Source: Antedon mediterranea
Lineage: Eukaryota; Animalia; Echinodermata
Reading direction: 5' to 3'
DNA length: 64,000 nucleotides
NCBI RefSeq assembly: GCF_964355755.1
Contig: NC_092671.1
Location: 14,198,001-14,262,000 of the forward strand
Part shown: piece by piece, positions 24,576 through 37,828 of the stretch
Numbering within the stretch: position 1 is the first letter of the stretch
Layout: every line of letters starts with the position of its first letter
The notes under the pieces: generated by a model
Told to the model about the DNA's origin: nothing
The model's database searches: none
Seen by the model: only the letters and a program-made list of their open reading frames with translations
Program-made: the position numbers and the translations under genes

Positions 24576-24737
24576 CAGTGGCGTAACTGCTATGAGCGCT
24601 CACTGGCTTAACTCAAGGGCAGTGCCAAGAGGAAAATTCAGGCATTAAAATATGTCGAAAAAGCTAAAAACGCCTGAGGCCTCCAGCCTCAAAGGGTTCC
24701 TACACCAGGGGCCTCAGGCATTTGCGTTAAGCCACTG
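24576..24737. mobile_element. hAT-type MITE
   Basis: TIRs CAGTGGCGTAAC / GTTAAGCCACTG; 8-bp flanks TGTAGATT / CATAGATT (6/8 match). Confidence 0.7.
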
Positions 24738-25925
24738 CATAGATTCTACATCCAGGTGACATCAAAATATGCGTATGTCGTAGGTTTTTGCTAATCGATT
24801 GCTCCCTAGCCACAAACTGTTTGCTTCCACAGGGTAACGTGACCAAATTTATCATTAAATCTTTTGTGAGCGAGGGGAAATTTTACAGAAAACAGAGTGC
24901 AGTATAAATCTAAAATTGTAAATAGATTTTTTAAACATATTAATAGTATTTAAAGTGAGTAAAGTTAAATATGATGTTTAAACATTTATATTTTCTTGAT
25001 ATAAACATTTTAAAAAAGAACAAACCATGAAAGAATTTTTAGCATTTTATAACTGTATCAATTTTAGAAGTTTTTAAAATGATAATGTATTTTTATTGTT
25101 TGACAATTTTGAAATTATAGAGATTTTTTAATTTTCTTATCTTTTAATTGTACTGCATTAAGATATGTATGTCGGGTAACTGTATACATCAATCAAATGA
25201 CATTACATGGAATACGTATTTGATGTGAACATTTTTGTTTGTATATATTTACACTTTTTATTCTTTTCTACTATATATCTTAAATGCTGGCTATGGACTC
25301 GAGTCCTGAATATTCTAAGGTTGTGGAATTTAACAATCAATAATTTATGTTTTATATACTATAACACACTAACAAAATTCCTTATCGATTTTGTTTTTTT
25401 TTTTTCAATTCGTTGTATGATTTTGTTATTAGTTGCTGTTTCTCTGTGTTTATTTTTGTATGTCTAGTATTCTATATATATTGTTCCTTTATTGCTTTAG
25501 ACAATTCTAAATTTGCTTTTTAATTATCAATTTCATATTATTTTAGTGGTGTATTTCATATAATAAGTATCAAAATAATTAATTTTGATAATCTTAAACT
25601 AAAAAAAAAATGTTTCAGATATATACAGTACTTCTATAGTATAAATTGTGAATCGAAATATTATACAGTATCTTTGATATACTTTGATTTATATAGTAAT
25701 AAAAATCAACTGTTTAATCATTTGCCATATTAAATTGTAATATACTGTAATACATATTTTCATTGTGTTTTGTTGTGTACGAGAAGATAGTTTTGATTAA
25801 AGGGAAACTCCGGGCGTAACTTTTATAGATTGTTTTGATTAAAGGGAAACGTACATTAAATATGCACTACACCACAAACATAATAATCAGGGGTAGAAAA
25901 ATTGTAAAACAATATAATTGAGTTG

Positions 25926-25963
25926 ATGACACCATGGAGGTATAAGTACCTCCATGATGACAC
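25926..25963. mobile_element. 24-bp transposon remnant (two TIR tips) with perfect 7-bp TSD, P-superfamily-like
   Basis: ATGACAC-CATGGAGGTA-TAAG-TACCTCCATG-ATGACAC. Confidence 0.6.
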
Positions 25964-26197
25964 TATATAACTAAAGTGAGTCTAGCCTAGACTCTAGAGT
26001 AAGCCCAAGGTTGCTATATAAATATTATATAATACTATAGACTTGCAAGATAATTGAGACTTGAAAAGAAATGTTTAAATAGTGATATTAGAAAGCTGTA
26101 TACGACCTTTACGTCTCCTGCGTTCATCAAACAAAAACCGCCTGTTTAATTCCTACATGGTTCTTTATCATTATTAGCTTGTATTTTGATGTTTAAT

Positions 26198-26996
26198 TTA
26201 TTACCTCCGCCAAGGAGGTTATGTTTTCACCCCTGTATGTTTGTGTGTGTGTTTGTGTTTGTGTGTGTGTCTGTGAACAGCCTGGAGGCCACAGTTTTTA
26301 TCCGATTCTCACCAAATTTGGCAACAATGATCTATGCCCCAAAACCTCGGACGAGTTCGAATTTGAGGGGAAAAGGTCATAGGTCAAGGTCACAACTAAC
26401 AAAAAACTATTTTACTGCCTAGAGACCACAGTTTTTATCCGATTCTCACCAAACTTAGCCACAATGATCAATGACACATCATATAATTGTGGTTAAATGG
26501 GACTTGAACCAGCGATCTCAACTGTGAGAGGCTGGATACATAACCATTACACCACACTGTCATCCACAACTTTGTAGTGTGCAGTTAACATATTTACACT
26601 TAGAACTAATTTAAAAAAATAAATAAATATTCAGGAGCCAATTGTCGTATTCGATTTAGACTTTCACCGTTGAGTACAGTTTTTCCGTTGAGTACTTCTT
26701 TAACGGAGTATTTTGAGCGTTGAGATTGTTCTTAACGAAAAAGCTTTCGTTGTCAACGTTTTCTATTCGAATGACTTTCTGTTGAGCACAAATTTACAAT
26801 TCGAATACATGTGTTGTTTTTGTAAACTTTATGTGTTTCATATGGACAGTTTGTCTGAAATAAAGTTGAATTGAATTGAAAAAGTACTCAACGAATCTTT
26901 ACGTTGACAACGAAAGTTCCCAATCGAATACGACAATTTTATGTAGGGGAATTTTACAGTAGGCGGAGGTTTGTACTCTCGGAGTACCCTCTAGTT
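26198..26996 (+). mobile_element. Helentron-associated (HINE/DINE-like) non-autonomous element with nested inserts
   Basis: subterminal IR CCTCCGCC (26204) / GGCGGAGG (26962); GT-rich microsatellite after the 5' end; internal direct repeat CCACAGTTTTTATCCGATTCTCACCAAA; 3' hairpin GTACTC-TCG-GAGTAC then CTAGTT; T-rich flanks. Confidence 0.7.
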
Positions 26997-27097
26997 ATTT
27001 GTATTGTTAAGGATAATTTCATTGTTGCCAAGAAACTGTAGTAAACCAGAGAGACGTGTTGCCAAGAAACTGAACCGGATACACGCACTTCCGCTTA

Positions 27098-27276
27098 AGC
27101 GTGGTTCCCACTAGCGACGCAACACAAGGACGTAACGCAACGCAAGTGAATTGACCAATCACAAGCGATGACTTATTTGCTTGTGATTGCTAACTGTCTA
27201 TAACTTCGCTTGTCATTGGTTAAAACGCTTGCGTTGCGTTTACGTTCTTGCGTTACGTTCTAGTGGGAACCAAGCT
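27098..27276. mobile_element. PIF/Harbinger (Tourist-like) MITE
   Basis: TIRs AGCGTGGTTCCCACTAG / CTAGTGGGAACCAAGCT; perfect TTA TSD; mostly palindromic. Confidence 0.85.
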
Positions 27277-27959
27277 TTAGTAACCATCACAAGCGCAATG
27301 TGCGCCTAACCGCACCATACCGGAGCTGCTAACGTCGCACGTCAGAACATGCAGAGTACAAAACTACTTTACTTGAATAATAATATCTATTTTCTTAATA
27401 TTAATAATAATAATTAAAAGTAAACTATAATAAATTTTTCGTAGGTTGAAGTAGTCATTGGAGACCCAAAATGTATCTTAGTAATGTTTTTGACACGTGT
27501 GCCGCTTTTCCCCATTTGTCTCCAGCCGATCGTGTTATTACAGTATAGGTTTTTTCATTCAATTATTTGGATTCATGATTCATTTCACTCATGAGGATTC
27601 AACAACAGACTAATTGTTTTTAAATCGAACCAAAGCTGTTCATACTACCTTTTATTTGATAATTTCCAAAGGCAACAATCATTATTCAAATCCCGTCGTT
27701 ACTAAGAATACCCCCAGAATCTGATTGGCTGAAAGTTTCACGTCTTGATGAAACCATGGAGGTATAAAAAAGACAATGCCATGCAGACAAGAAATCTGAA
27801 ACTTGAAGCGCAGAGATGCTAATGAATCTTGACATCATATTGTCCAAACTTTAGGGAGGGAGGAGGAGGAATTAACGATGATTTTGCTTGAGTGCTTGCC
27901 CTTTTGTGTACTACATTTAAACGTTTTTATAAATGGTTGTATACCACAAATCCAGGGAA

Positions 27960-28124
27960 GAGTGTTCACTCTTACGAGTGTTCACTCTTACGAGTGTTCA
28001 CTCTTACGAGTGTTCACTCTTAAGAGTGTTCACTCTTACGAGTGTTCACTCTTACGAGTGTTCACTCTTACGAGTGTTCACTCTTACGAGTGTTCACTCT
28101 TACGAGTGTTCACTCTTACGAGTG
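27960..28124. repeat. 16-bp tandem array (GAGTGTTCACTCTTAC)x10
   Basis: near-perfect units, each containing GAGTG-TT-CACTC. Confidence 0.95.
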
Positions 28125-29458
28125 CCACAACCAAATGAATTTCCCCGGAGTTAGTTTGAGATGATAAAGTTTGATTAAATTCTAACAAGAAACTTCTTTT
28201 AGCGAAAGCCATAAACGAATACGTCAATACGGTCTATCTTTTAACTTAACTATCTAACAAGTTAGATAAACGTTTAAAAAAAATGAGAATAGAAAATTAT
28301 TTATATGAAAGATAATGTAATGGTAATGATGACTATGCTATTTCCAATGAAAAAGCTAATAAATGAGTAATTAATGGTGATTGAAAACAATTACTGTATA
28401 TACAATACAATACTAACTGATCGACTGGGATCATTATATAAATACAAGGCATATAGTAGGATATTACTGTAATTGTTGTATGCTATTTTTGTGGGTTTTT
28501 TTTCTGAATAAAGTAATAATTTCTTCCCTTTAGTTCATGCGTTACTGTCCTTCCCCTTCCGATCCTTTTCCCCCACTGAACAAAAACATACCTTTGACCT
28601 GAAGTAACCCTTTCATCATCACAACAAGAACGTTGACCTCCTCACTAAACCGCGAGAATAAACTTGGAATGTATCACGGTGAGTAGGCTTACTTTTAGTT
28701 AGTGTTCATTGCAATTTTTACGAAGGAAAGCAACTTTAGTTTAGGCATATTATTGATACTACTACAATACAACATATTAAGTAATACTTATAGCATAATT
28801 GAATTTAGTTTAAAGGTATTTTAAACTCAAAATAGGCAAACATTCAGCCTATGTTTGCTAGGCCTTTTCTTTGGACTTTTGTGGTGCTCGTGACGTGTGT
28901 TAGCACAGTGACAGACCATGGGCATGCAGGTTACACGGCACAGTTCCAATGGCCATGTCACGTTTGTGCCTAGCCTAGGCCTAGACAAATGCATCTTATG
29001 GTGTAAAGTATTTAATAATCGAATGAATTGATACCAGAATGTTACAATTTGCCTCGATGCAAATGTAGTTGCTAGGTAGTAATGGCCTTTTTTACGAAAC
29101 GGAAGACATCTTTGATCGATGACAAACATGATGTGCAGGGAAGCGTAACCAACAGAAATAACAGCATTTTAAGGGATTTCACTATGTTAATTTAAAAATC
29201 TGAACGGAGGATCGTATCATTTTTTTCCAATTTGTATAACAGATTCTGGCAAAAACAGAAAGGAAATTAATGCAGCAACTAGACAATGTCATGCTAGGCC
29301 TATACCTAGCGTACTATTTTCATATGTTACTGCAGTTTACCAGCTTGGCCTACAAAACTAAACCCAACTTAAAGACCGTCCATGAGAGGACATTTGATAT
29401 GAGCTACAATAGGTAGTGCATTCTTTTTATCATAATTTACCATAAAACGTACATTTAA

Positions 29459-30220
29459 GGGTCTGTTTCTGCTAAAAAATTAATCGATTTTTCCTAAGTA
29501 CCACAAACCACAGAATTGATCGCGTTGCAACTGAAAATCACTTTTAAAAAATTATGTCATCTATACCCACAACGCAGTTTAAGTTATGGAAGGCCGATGA
29601 GAGTTGGTTTGTTTACATCCTATCGCTGGATAAAAAATTGAACTCTTACATAAAGCTATATTATTTGTAAAATAAACATCTAGACCCACAGTACTACCCT
29701 ACCACATACAACAGAATAATGATGTTATATTAATAAGGGAACATCGGCGAGAATGTTCGTTTCGCCGTTGGTTCTATTCTAGGGCCTAGCTAGGCTATAA
29801 ACGAAAACAACAGACCTAAAAAAGGACATGAAAAATATCGTTAGCCTGGACTGGGAGGGATGTAACGGTGTAATTGTAACGCGGAATCCTGGAGTTTCTC
29901 GGTATAATTCTCCCCCACAAAATAATAACAATCAAATGTTATCTCATCGGTCTACATCGTTTTGCTGATCGTCGTTGATTGCGCAAATAAACAGCATGCT
30001 TTGTGAGTGAAGGTTGCCATACTCTAGAGGTCAAAGTGTAGTCAATAATCGCTATTTGTGTTGCAGCACAAAACTTCTCCGCAATAATCGGTTAAAACAA
30101 GAAATAATTTGATAAAACACACAATGAATTAAGTTATTTTTTAATCGGTTATTTCATTTTGCGCCGTTTCTGCTTCCCAAAAATAATCAATTAAAAAAAT
30201 AATCGGTTAACAACTGATTA
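29459..30220. mobile_element. Diverged, truncated relative of the Harbinger-like element at 6831-8460
   Basis: TAA then GGGTCTGTTTCTGCT; homologous subterminal blocks (TGTTGCAGC...AATAATCGGTTAA, GTTTCTGCT); right TIR not found. Confidence 0.6.
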
Positions 30221-31844
30221 TTCCTGTGGACAAAACGTAATAAACAATTGTAGGGAATGGCCAGGACTTAATTTATAATAGGAAGAAAAAACAGTTGTTT
30301 GGTTCAACTGATACAAAATACATGAGGTTCTAAACTAGCTGTAGGGGCAGACAGGTATGAACACTGCCCTCTAACTGTTACAGCAGCTTGAGTTCAATAA
30401 TTTACTAAAAATATTAATAGAGGGTGCTATGATTTATGTTCAAGTTTCTGGTTTCTTATGTATTATTAGAAAGTCTTTTTTGTATTTCCCTTTACCTTTA
30501 CAAAAATTTAACAAAGATCCTTACTACTTTAAATTCATTATTTTGATTAGATTCTATTCTTTTTTGGTATTAATGTTAACTTTTAATATTATATGGTAAT
30601 ATTATAATTTGTTAATTTTGTAAATGCATGTTTTTCTTCTGAACTAAGTGTTTTTATTTTATTCACTTTTATTCAATCGTAACCTTGAAGATACTATTGA
30701 TGAACTGTATGTAACAAAAGATTGTGTACTGTTCAGTAGCGGGTGTTAGACTATTGTAGGTTATCAACCCCTGATTGTCGCTTACAGATGCATAGTGCAT
30801 TTAATAATAATTAATAATTTTATTAAAATACTTTTTCTATTGATAAAATATGAATATCTGTACCTTGCTTATAGTAATACTGCTAAGTTATTGATTATAC
30901 TTACATTACATCGACATTTTCTTCCATTTCTTCCATTACAGGATGGGGTTGGAATATGATATAATTTATTTTCTATCACACATCCATACATACACATCCA
31001 AAAATTATTTTTTTTAGAATATTAAGAATTTCCCAAATATAATACTGTACACCATTCCCAACCATGGTAAGATGTGGTTGGTCTTATGGGCACGGCCTCT
31101 ATCCTACAGTACTTCATTCAGAATCATACATTTACATTATTCATAAAGTTACAGGGCTCATTCAGTGGATTAATTACCAAAAACCATTTGTGGGGATGCC
31201 TTGGCGAGGCCTGATCGTCTCCTCAAGCAAAAATTCTGCATTTTTCCTGATACATTATCAAGTTCACTTTCCAACCACTTGAACTATGACGGTGTTTACA
31301 GCCAACAATTTTTATGTAACTATTATTATTCATAAAAATATTAGAGATACTAGTACGCATAATTATCAAGGGCAATGTTATTAGCGTTATATAGAACGCA
31401 TAGTGATGAAGGTTAATGGCACTTAAATTGCGACACTATTATTATTCATGTTATTGAATTATTCATATGAATTGTTTGGTTCTGATGAAAGTGTAATGAG
31501 GAAACATTTGATCGTTATAAAATTTATCTTTAAACAACAATTTTCATAAAACGAGTAACATTCTCCTTAGCCTCAGATATTCATACTGCAGTTTTTTAGG
31601 TTAGAGGTGGTTGGACGGGGTGTTGTGTTTTTTTTTTACAAAAATCATCAAAAAACATTAAAGACATTAAAATAATACCTGAAGTATTGAAGTAGGCCTC
31701 AAATTTGGGGATTTTAGGGGTAAGGGCAGTTGGTGGCTGTAAACAAGGCCTGACATTTCACTGAGTGCTGGAGTGACCTGGAACATTGAGTGTGTATAAT
31801 TGAGTAACGAGATCATGGGATGAGACAAAAATAATGTTTTATTC

Positions 31845-33512
31845 TATATACCAACTTTTCCATTATTCTAAATGCTACTTTTTCCTTTAGGCCACCTTTT
31901 CCTTTATTCTATATGCCACCATTTCCTTTATTCTATAGGCCACCTTTTCCTTTATTCTATATGCCACCTTTTCCTTTATTCTATATGCCACCTTTTCCTT
32001 TATTCTATATGCCACCTTTTCCTTTATTCTATATGCCACCTTTTCCTTTATTCTATATGCCAACTTTTTCTTTATTCTATATGCCACCTTTTCCTTTATT
32101 CTATATGCCACCTTTTCCATTATTCTATATGCCACATTTTCCTTTATTCTATATGCCACCTTTTCCATTATTCTATATGCCACCTTTTCCTTTATTCTAT
32201 ATGCCACCTTTTCCTTTATTCTATATGCCACCATTTCCTTTATTCTATATGCCACCTTTTCCTTTATTCTATATGCCACTTTTCCTTTATTCTATATGCC
32301 ACCATTTCCTTTATTCTATATGCCACCATTTCCTTTATTCTATATGCCATCTTTTCCTTTATTCTATATGCCAACTTTTTCTTTATTCTATATGCCACCT
32401 TTTCCTTTATTCTATATGCCACCATTTCCTTTATTCTATATGCCATCTTTTCCTTTATTCTATATGCCACCTTTTCCTTTATTCTATATGCCACCTTTTC
32501 CTTTATTCTATATGCCACCTTTTCCTTTATTCTATATGCCACCTTTTCCTTTATTCTATATGCCAACTTTTCCTTTATTCTATATGCCAACTTTTTCTTT
32601 ATTCTATATGCCACCATTTCCTTTATTCTATATGCCACCTTTTCCTTTATTCTATATGCCACCTTTTCCTTTATTCTATATGCCAACTTTTTCTTTATTC
32701 TATATGCCACCATTTCCTTTATTCTATATGCCACCTTTTCCATTATTCTATATGCCACCTTTTCCTTTATTCTATATGCCACCTTTTCCTTTATTCTATA
32801 TGCCACCTTTTCCTTTATTCTATATGCCACCTTTTCCTTTATTCTATATGCCACCTTTTCCTTTATTCTATATGCCAACTTTTTCTTTATTCTATATGCC
32901 ACCTTTTCCTTTATTCTATATGCCACCTTTTCCTTTATTCTATATGCCACCTTTTCCTTTATTCTATATGCCAACTTTTTCTTTATTCTATATGCCACCT
33001 TTTCCTTTATTCTATATGCCACCATTTCCTTTATTCTATATGCCACCTTTTCCTTTATTCTATATGCCACCATTTCCTTTATTCTATATGCCACCTTTTC
33101 CATTATTCTATATGCCACCTTTTCCTTTATTCTATATGCCACCTTTTCCTTTATTCTATATGCCACCATTTCCTTTATTCTATATGCCACCTTTTCCTTT
33201 ATTCTATATGCCACCTTTTCCTTTATTCTATATGCCACCTTTTCCTTTATTCTATATGCCATCTTTTTCTTTATTCTATATGCCACCTTTTCCTTTATTC
33301 TATATGCCACCTTTTCCTTTATTCTATATGCCACCTTTTCCTTTATTCTATATGCCAACTTTTTCTTTATTCTATATGCCACCTTTTCCTTTATTCTATA
33401 TGCCACCTTTTCCTTTATTCTATATGCCACCTTTTCCTTTATTCTATATGCCACCTTTTCCTTTATTCTATATGCCATTTTCCTTTATTCTATATGCCAA
33501 CTTTTCCTTTAT
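31845..33512. repeat. 24-bp minisatellite (CCACCTTTTCCTTTATTCTATATG)n, about 68 units
   Basis: direct inspection; all five long ORFs here are translations of the repeat. Confidence 0.97.
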
Positions 33513-36455
33513 TAGCTCAATAAAAACTGCATATTCCTTCATTGATAAAATAAAGATTGTGATGAATTGGTGACCCTAAAATCATGAAAAAGTGGCCTTG
33601 ATAAGTTTTCTCCAGGTCTCTTGTTTCTCTTATATTCTGAGAATTAAAATGTTAGCATTATTTTTTGTAGGTTATTAGGTCATCTATAAAACTGTCAGAA
33701 TCAATTATATACAAATAAATTTCTGGTTCTTATTTCTGTAGCCCTGTCTTTATTTTTAACATCAAGGTGAAAATACTATTTTTTTACGATATTAAATGTA
33801 ACCACTTTGTTGTGCAGAACTTTCATCTAATTAACGATTTTATGCATTCATAAAAAAAACTGTTTTCTAAACTAAATTGTTCTAAATAAATTGTGTGTAT
33901 ATGTTTTCTATGAGTTTAACAATTTTATACAAATATTTGAATTTCACAAAAACAGATTATAATACAGGGCTAGACCTTGACAGCGCTGTATATCTAATAT
34001 TTACCAGCCACCAATTGAAAATCCTTGTACTCATTGAGTTCACATTTAAACCTTCATGTCACCTTAATTTCCCATTGTATATTCCTATTAGCAACGATGT
34101 ACACTGATTTTGGCTGCGCTTAAATGCATAATTACATTGAATTACAGCTTTATAAAATTACATTATGTTTCAGAGTCGGCAGAGGAGCTAGATAATTTAT
34201 TTGATAGGTTCCAAAAATAGCCGATATCAATAGTTAATAACATTACCAATGGAGAGACGACGATGAATTGAAAGCCAATAACTCTGGTTGGATTGAAAAA
34301 CCAATACCGGTACTATAGTTGGTGTAGTAAGGTGTTGCCAAAATGCTACAGAGGCTGTAATATTTAAAATAACACCACATTTTGGATTTTTTGATTATTA
34401 TTTGATTGTATTTTGCTGGATGCAATAAACTCATATTGTATTAATCAGTTTGCTAAAAATCTTTCCATTCTACAATGCAAGTGGAAATTAAAATTTATAT
34501 GACTTAGCATACTTTTGCATTGATACAATTAATAACATAATATAAATTTATAGTCTTAAGGTGTGCAAATATGAATTTGTTTCTGTATACCACCCATTGA
34601 ATTTTTCTATTGAATTGAGTACTGAAAAAAATATATATAAATCTCTACTGTGCAGTACATGGAAGATGCTGAGAGATTCAGTGTGACCTTGATCTGTAAT
34701 TGATGAAACAATAATAAATTAAATTACATTTTGGAATGTCAAATCCAGTTTTACTGGTAGAAACACTAATAATATCAGATAAAGTATAAAAAAAGAATAA
34801 CCAAAAAAATGAATAGACGGAAGACATGTTGAGATTGCAATGTTTCGATCATGTTCAAGATTTAAAAAATTGATCAATCCTGAATTTTATAAATCTAGTT
34901 TAGGTAAACAAACTTCATTCTTTTTAGTATGTTAGTCTGCATCTTGTTTCAGCTGCATTTTTGTTAATAAAAATAAGATGATCTATGAGCATGTAGTTGT
35001 CAGGCTTTCTAACCAGGGACTTCAAAGAGGTCGCCATTTATTTGACGAGGTCAATAAAGTACACTGTTTTCTAAAAAGAAGAAAAGAATACCTATCCTAC
35101 TGTAAATTTGTAGATTTAAGGGACCAGCATGAAAGTTTGCATATATGACTGATTAGTCACACAGGAAGTTGTTTGTGGTTGCCAACATACTTTCGGTGGT
35201 TCAAGGATGGTATTGTTTTATGGGTAATAATTTTGAGTATGATTTATAATGAAACATTTATAATAAACTTAAATGATACTAATGAAAAAATTATTCCTAA
35301 CCTTTTTATCTTATTTGAATATGGGTTTGTTTTTGTGATCCCTAATACTTGCTTAGCTTGGAGGTTGGACATTTGGTTTGTCCTCATTATTTTATCAATG
35401 GTCAAGTGTGAGATGTTTAAAGCAAATAGGTGTTATTAAGTAACTACTTATGTCATTCAAGAGTTCTTTTAAGGTCATTCAAGTAGTCTGACCATGGACT
35501 GACTTACATTACTGTACTGTAGTTGTGTTGGGTCAACATAGTACAATATAAAAAGTTACTAAACCTCATCAGAATATGAAAACAATAAATCTTTATTGTT
35601 TAAGGCACATGCCAAAAAGCTTATTTTGAATAGTAAATTTTGTTCAATTTATAAAAGCCCTGGAAAGCATACAGTTTTTCTAGGCCACTATTAAAAACAT
35701 CATTCCCTGGTTACAAGTATTATACAAATATGATTTCTTAGTATTTTTGACATAATTTAGATTTTAATGATAATGCTGTAGCTTATTATTGATTTTCAGA
35801 AATGTTTACAAATCTTCTGAAACAATGTCTATTTATTTATTTTATGAATGTCTAATATTATAATATATATATTTTACCATTTAAGAAACGTTTTCATTAC
35901 CAGGTTGTTGAATGTGTCCATAGTTTCACTCTTCTCTGATTAAACTATAATGGAATACCAACAAAGATTAAAAATGTACATTCCTATATTGATCTTTTAA
36001 TAATTTCTGCACGTTGTGTCCAAGTTATTGTTGTCTACTTCAATGACAACAGTTCCACAATATAGGGGAATGAACTTAATACAAAAGAACACTGAACCTA
36101 ATTGCCTTCTATACACTGCACTATTTTGTTTTCTTAAATCGTGGACACGTTAATAAAGAAAACAATAGTCTCTTTTCAAATTGGTGCATTTTGTATATTA
36201 ATGAAAGGAATATACTGTAGGGTTTATAAAGGTATTCGTTTAATACGCATATACTGAGAAATTAGGTTAAAGATTGTACATTTTGTGGTCTATTTTATTT
36301 TTCTATTAAGTATTGTATTTTTTATATTTTAGGCAGTTTCAAATAGGAGAAAGTAATTACTTTATGAAATTTAGATATTGATCAAATTTAAGTTACAAAG
36401 TTAAAAAACTCCTATTTTTATAAAAATTTATCAAATTAAAGCAAATAGTATAGTA

Positions 36456-37193
36456 CAGTCGACTCCGCCTAAGTCGAATCTAATGGGACCGGTATAAAAA
36501 TTCGAGTTACGCGAACTTCGACTTACAGATTTGCAAAAAAAATGCTAGGCCTAGATCCTGCCCTGTCGCGATCGCGGCCCACGCGATGAGCCTTCTTGAA
36601 TTGATTTTGCTTAGCTAGCTAGCTAGGCCTAATAAATGCTAAGCCTCTTTTATCGGCAATGATAAACTGTATTTTCTTTTATGGTTTAAGCCCGAAACAA
36701 TACAAAAACGTATAATAAATACATTTCGGTTCTTATTCGAAATCGGTATCCATTGTTTATTGCCATCTGTCTAGCACAAAATGGGTACCCACAAAACGCC
36801 GCTCAAGTTCTCAACTCTGAAACAACTCATACACTATACACTAGCGCGAGTTGTAGGACGCCACCTATACTATACAACCTGCTTGAGAGAACCGATATGG
36901 TCCCACATTATCTCCTCTGTCGTTTGTTTATCGAATTACGTACGTTTCATCGGCTTTTTTAGCGCGTTGTTGCCGCGTGATTTGTGACTTCGACTTATAC
37001 GATATAAATCACTAAAGAATGTGTGTATTCGGACCGCAAAAAGACGTCGACTTAGACGAATTTCGACTTAGAAAAATTCGACTTACAAATAAAAATTACA
37101 CAGTAATGTATAGGAAAGAATTGGGACTTTCATAAAAATTCGACTTTCGCGATTTTTCGACTTACGCGAATTCGACTTAGGCGGAGTCGACTG
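36456..37193. mobile_element. Tc1/mariner (pogo/Tigger-like) MITE
   Basis: 24-bp TIRs CAGTCGACTCCGCCTAAGTCGAAT; TA TSD; subterminal TTCGACTTA repeats. Confidence 0.9.
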
Positions 37194-37828
37194 TAGTACT
37201 GTGTATACATACTTTGATTTTAGAAATGTGAGAATTAAGTATAATTTAAAGAAAAACCAACATGTGCTCTGACTGACTATAGACTGACTTGATTTATTAA
37301 TATTTTTTTAAATACTGCTGCTGTATAAAGTGCATTTAGATACAATCCATGGTGGCAATGCATTGTATAAAGTGCATTGGCTGAAGGAATTTTTTTTTTA
37401 TCTCTTAATAAATTATTACTTTCAAATTTAACATTGTCTTGATACGAAGAGTAAGAAAGTACATTATTAACAGGGCATTATCCACCATCATTTATATAAT
37501 GTGTAGTAAATAATAATTAAATTGGTATGCCATAAAATAATATTAATAGTACATTACAGTACATGAGAAACCTGTGATATACCCTATGTTAGTGGCGTAC
37601 CTTTATCTACAGTGACATAATCTCTATTGTGTGTCACCCACAAAAGTGGGATGAACTTTCAACTGTGGGTGGAGGAATATAATAACACTCATCTTAATTC
37701 ATAGTTAAATTATGTATTTATCTAACATTTTCTGTATATTATTTTGTATTCAAAATTTGACAAATAGCCCAAGAGGAAACATGGACCAATGGCCCAACAC
37801 AGAAGTTGGTACCTCTTGAAATGATATA

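Noticed and set aside
27960-28124. CRISPR-like palindromic repeats
   Set aside because: No spacers, no cas genes, eukaryotic context.
31482-31512. CTGATGA...GAAAC hammerhead-like core
   Set aside because: No base-paired stem II between the motifs.
31872-33573. Five long ORFs (130-547 aa) on both strands
   Set aside because: They are pure translations of a 24-bp satellite with internal frameshifts, and have no splice or domain evidence.
34174-34260. Possible exon after tttcag (SAEELDNLFDRFQK*)
   Set aside because: Stops in all frames, no clear donor or homology.
34838-34852. 14-nt match (CAATGTTTCGATCA) to the hammerhead relic
   Set aside because: Core and the other stem strand are missing; too short to call.
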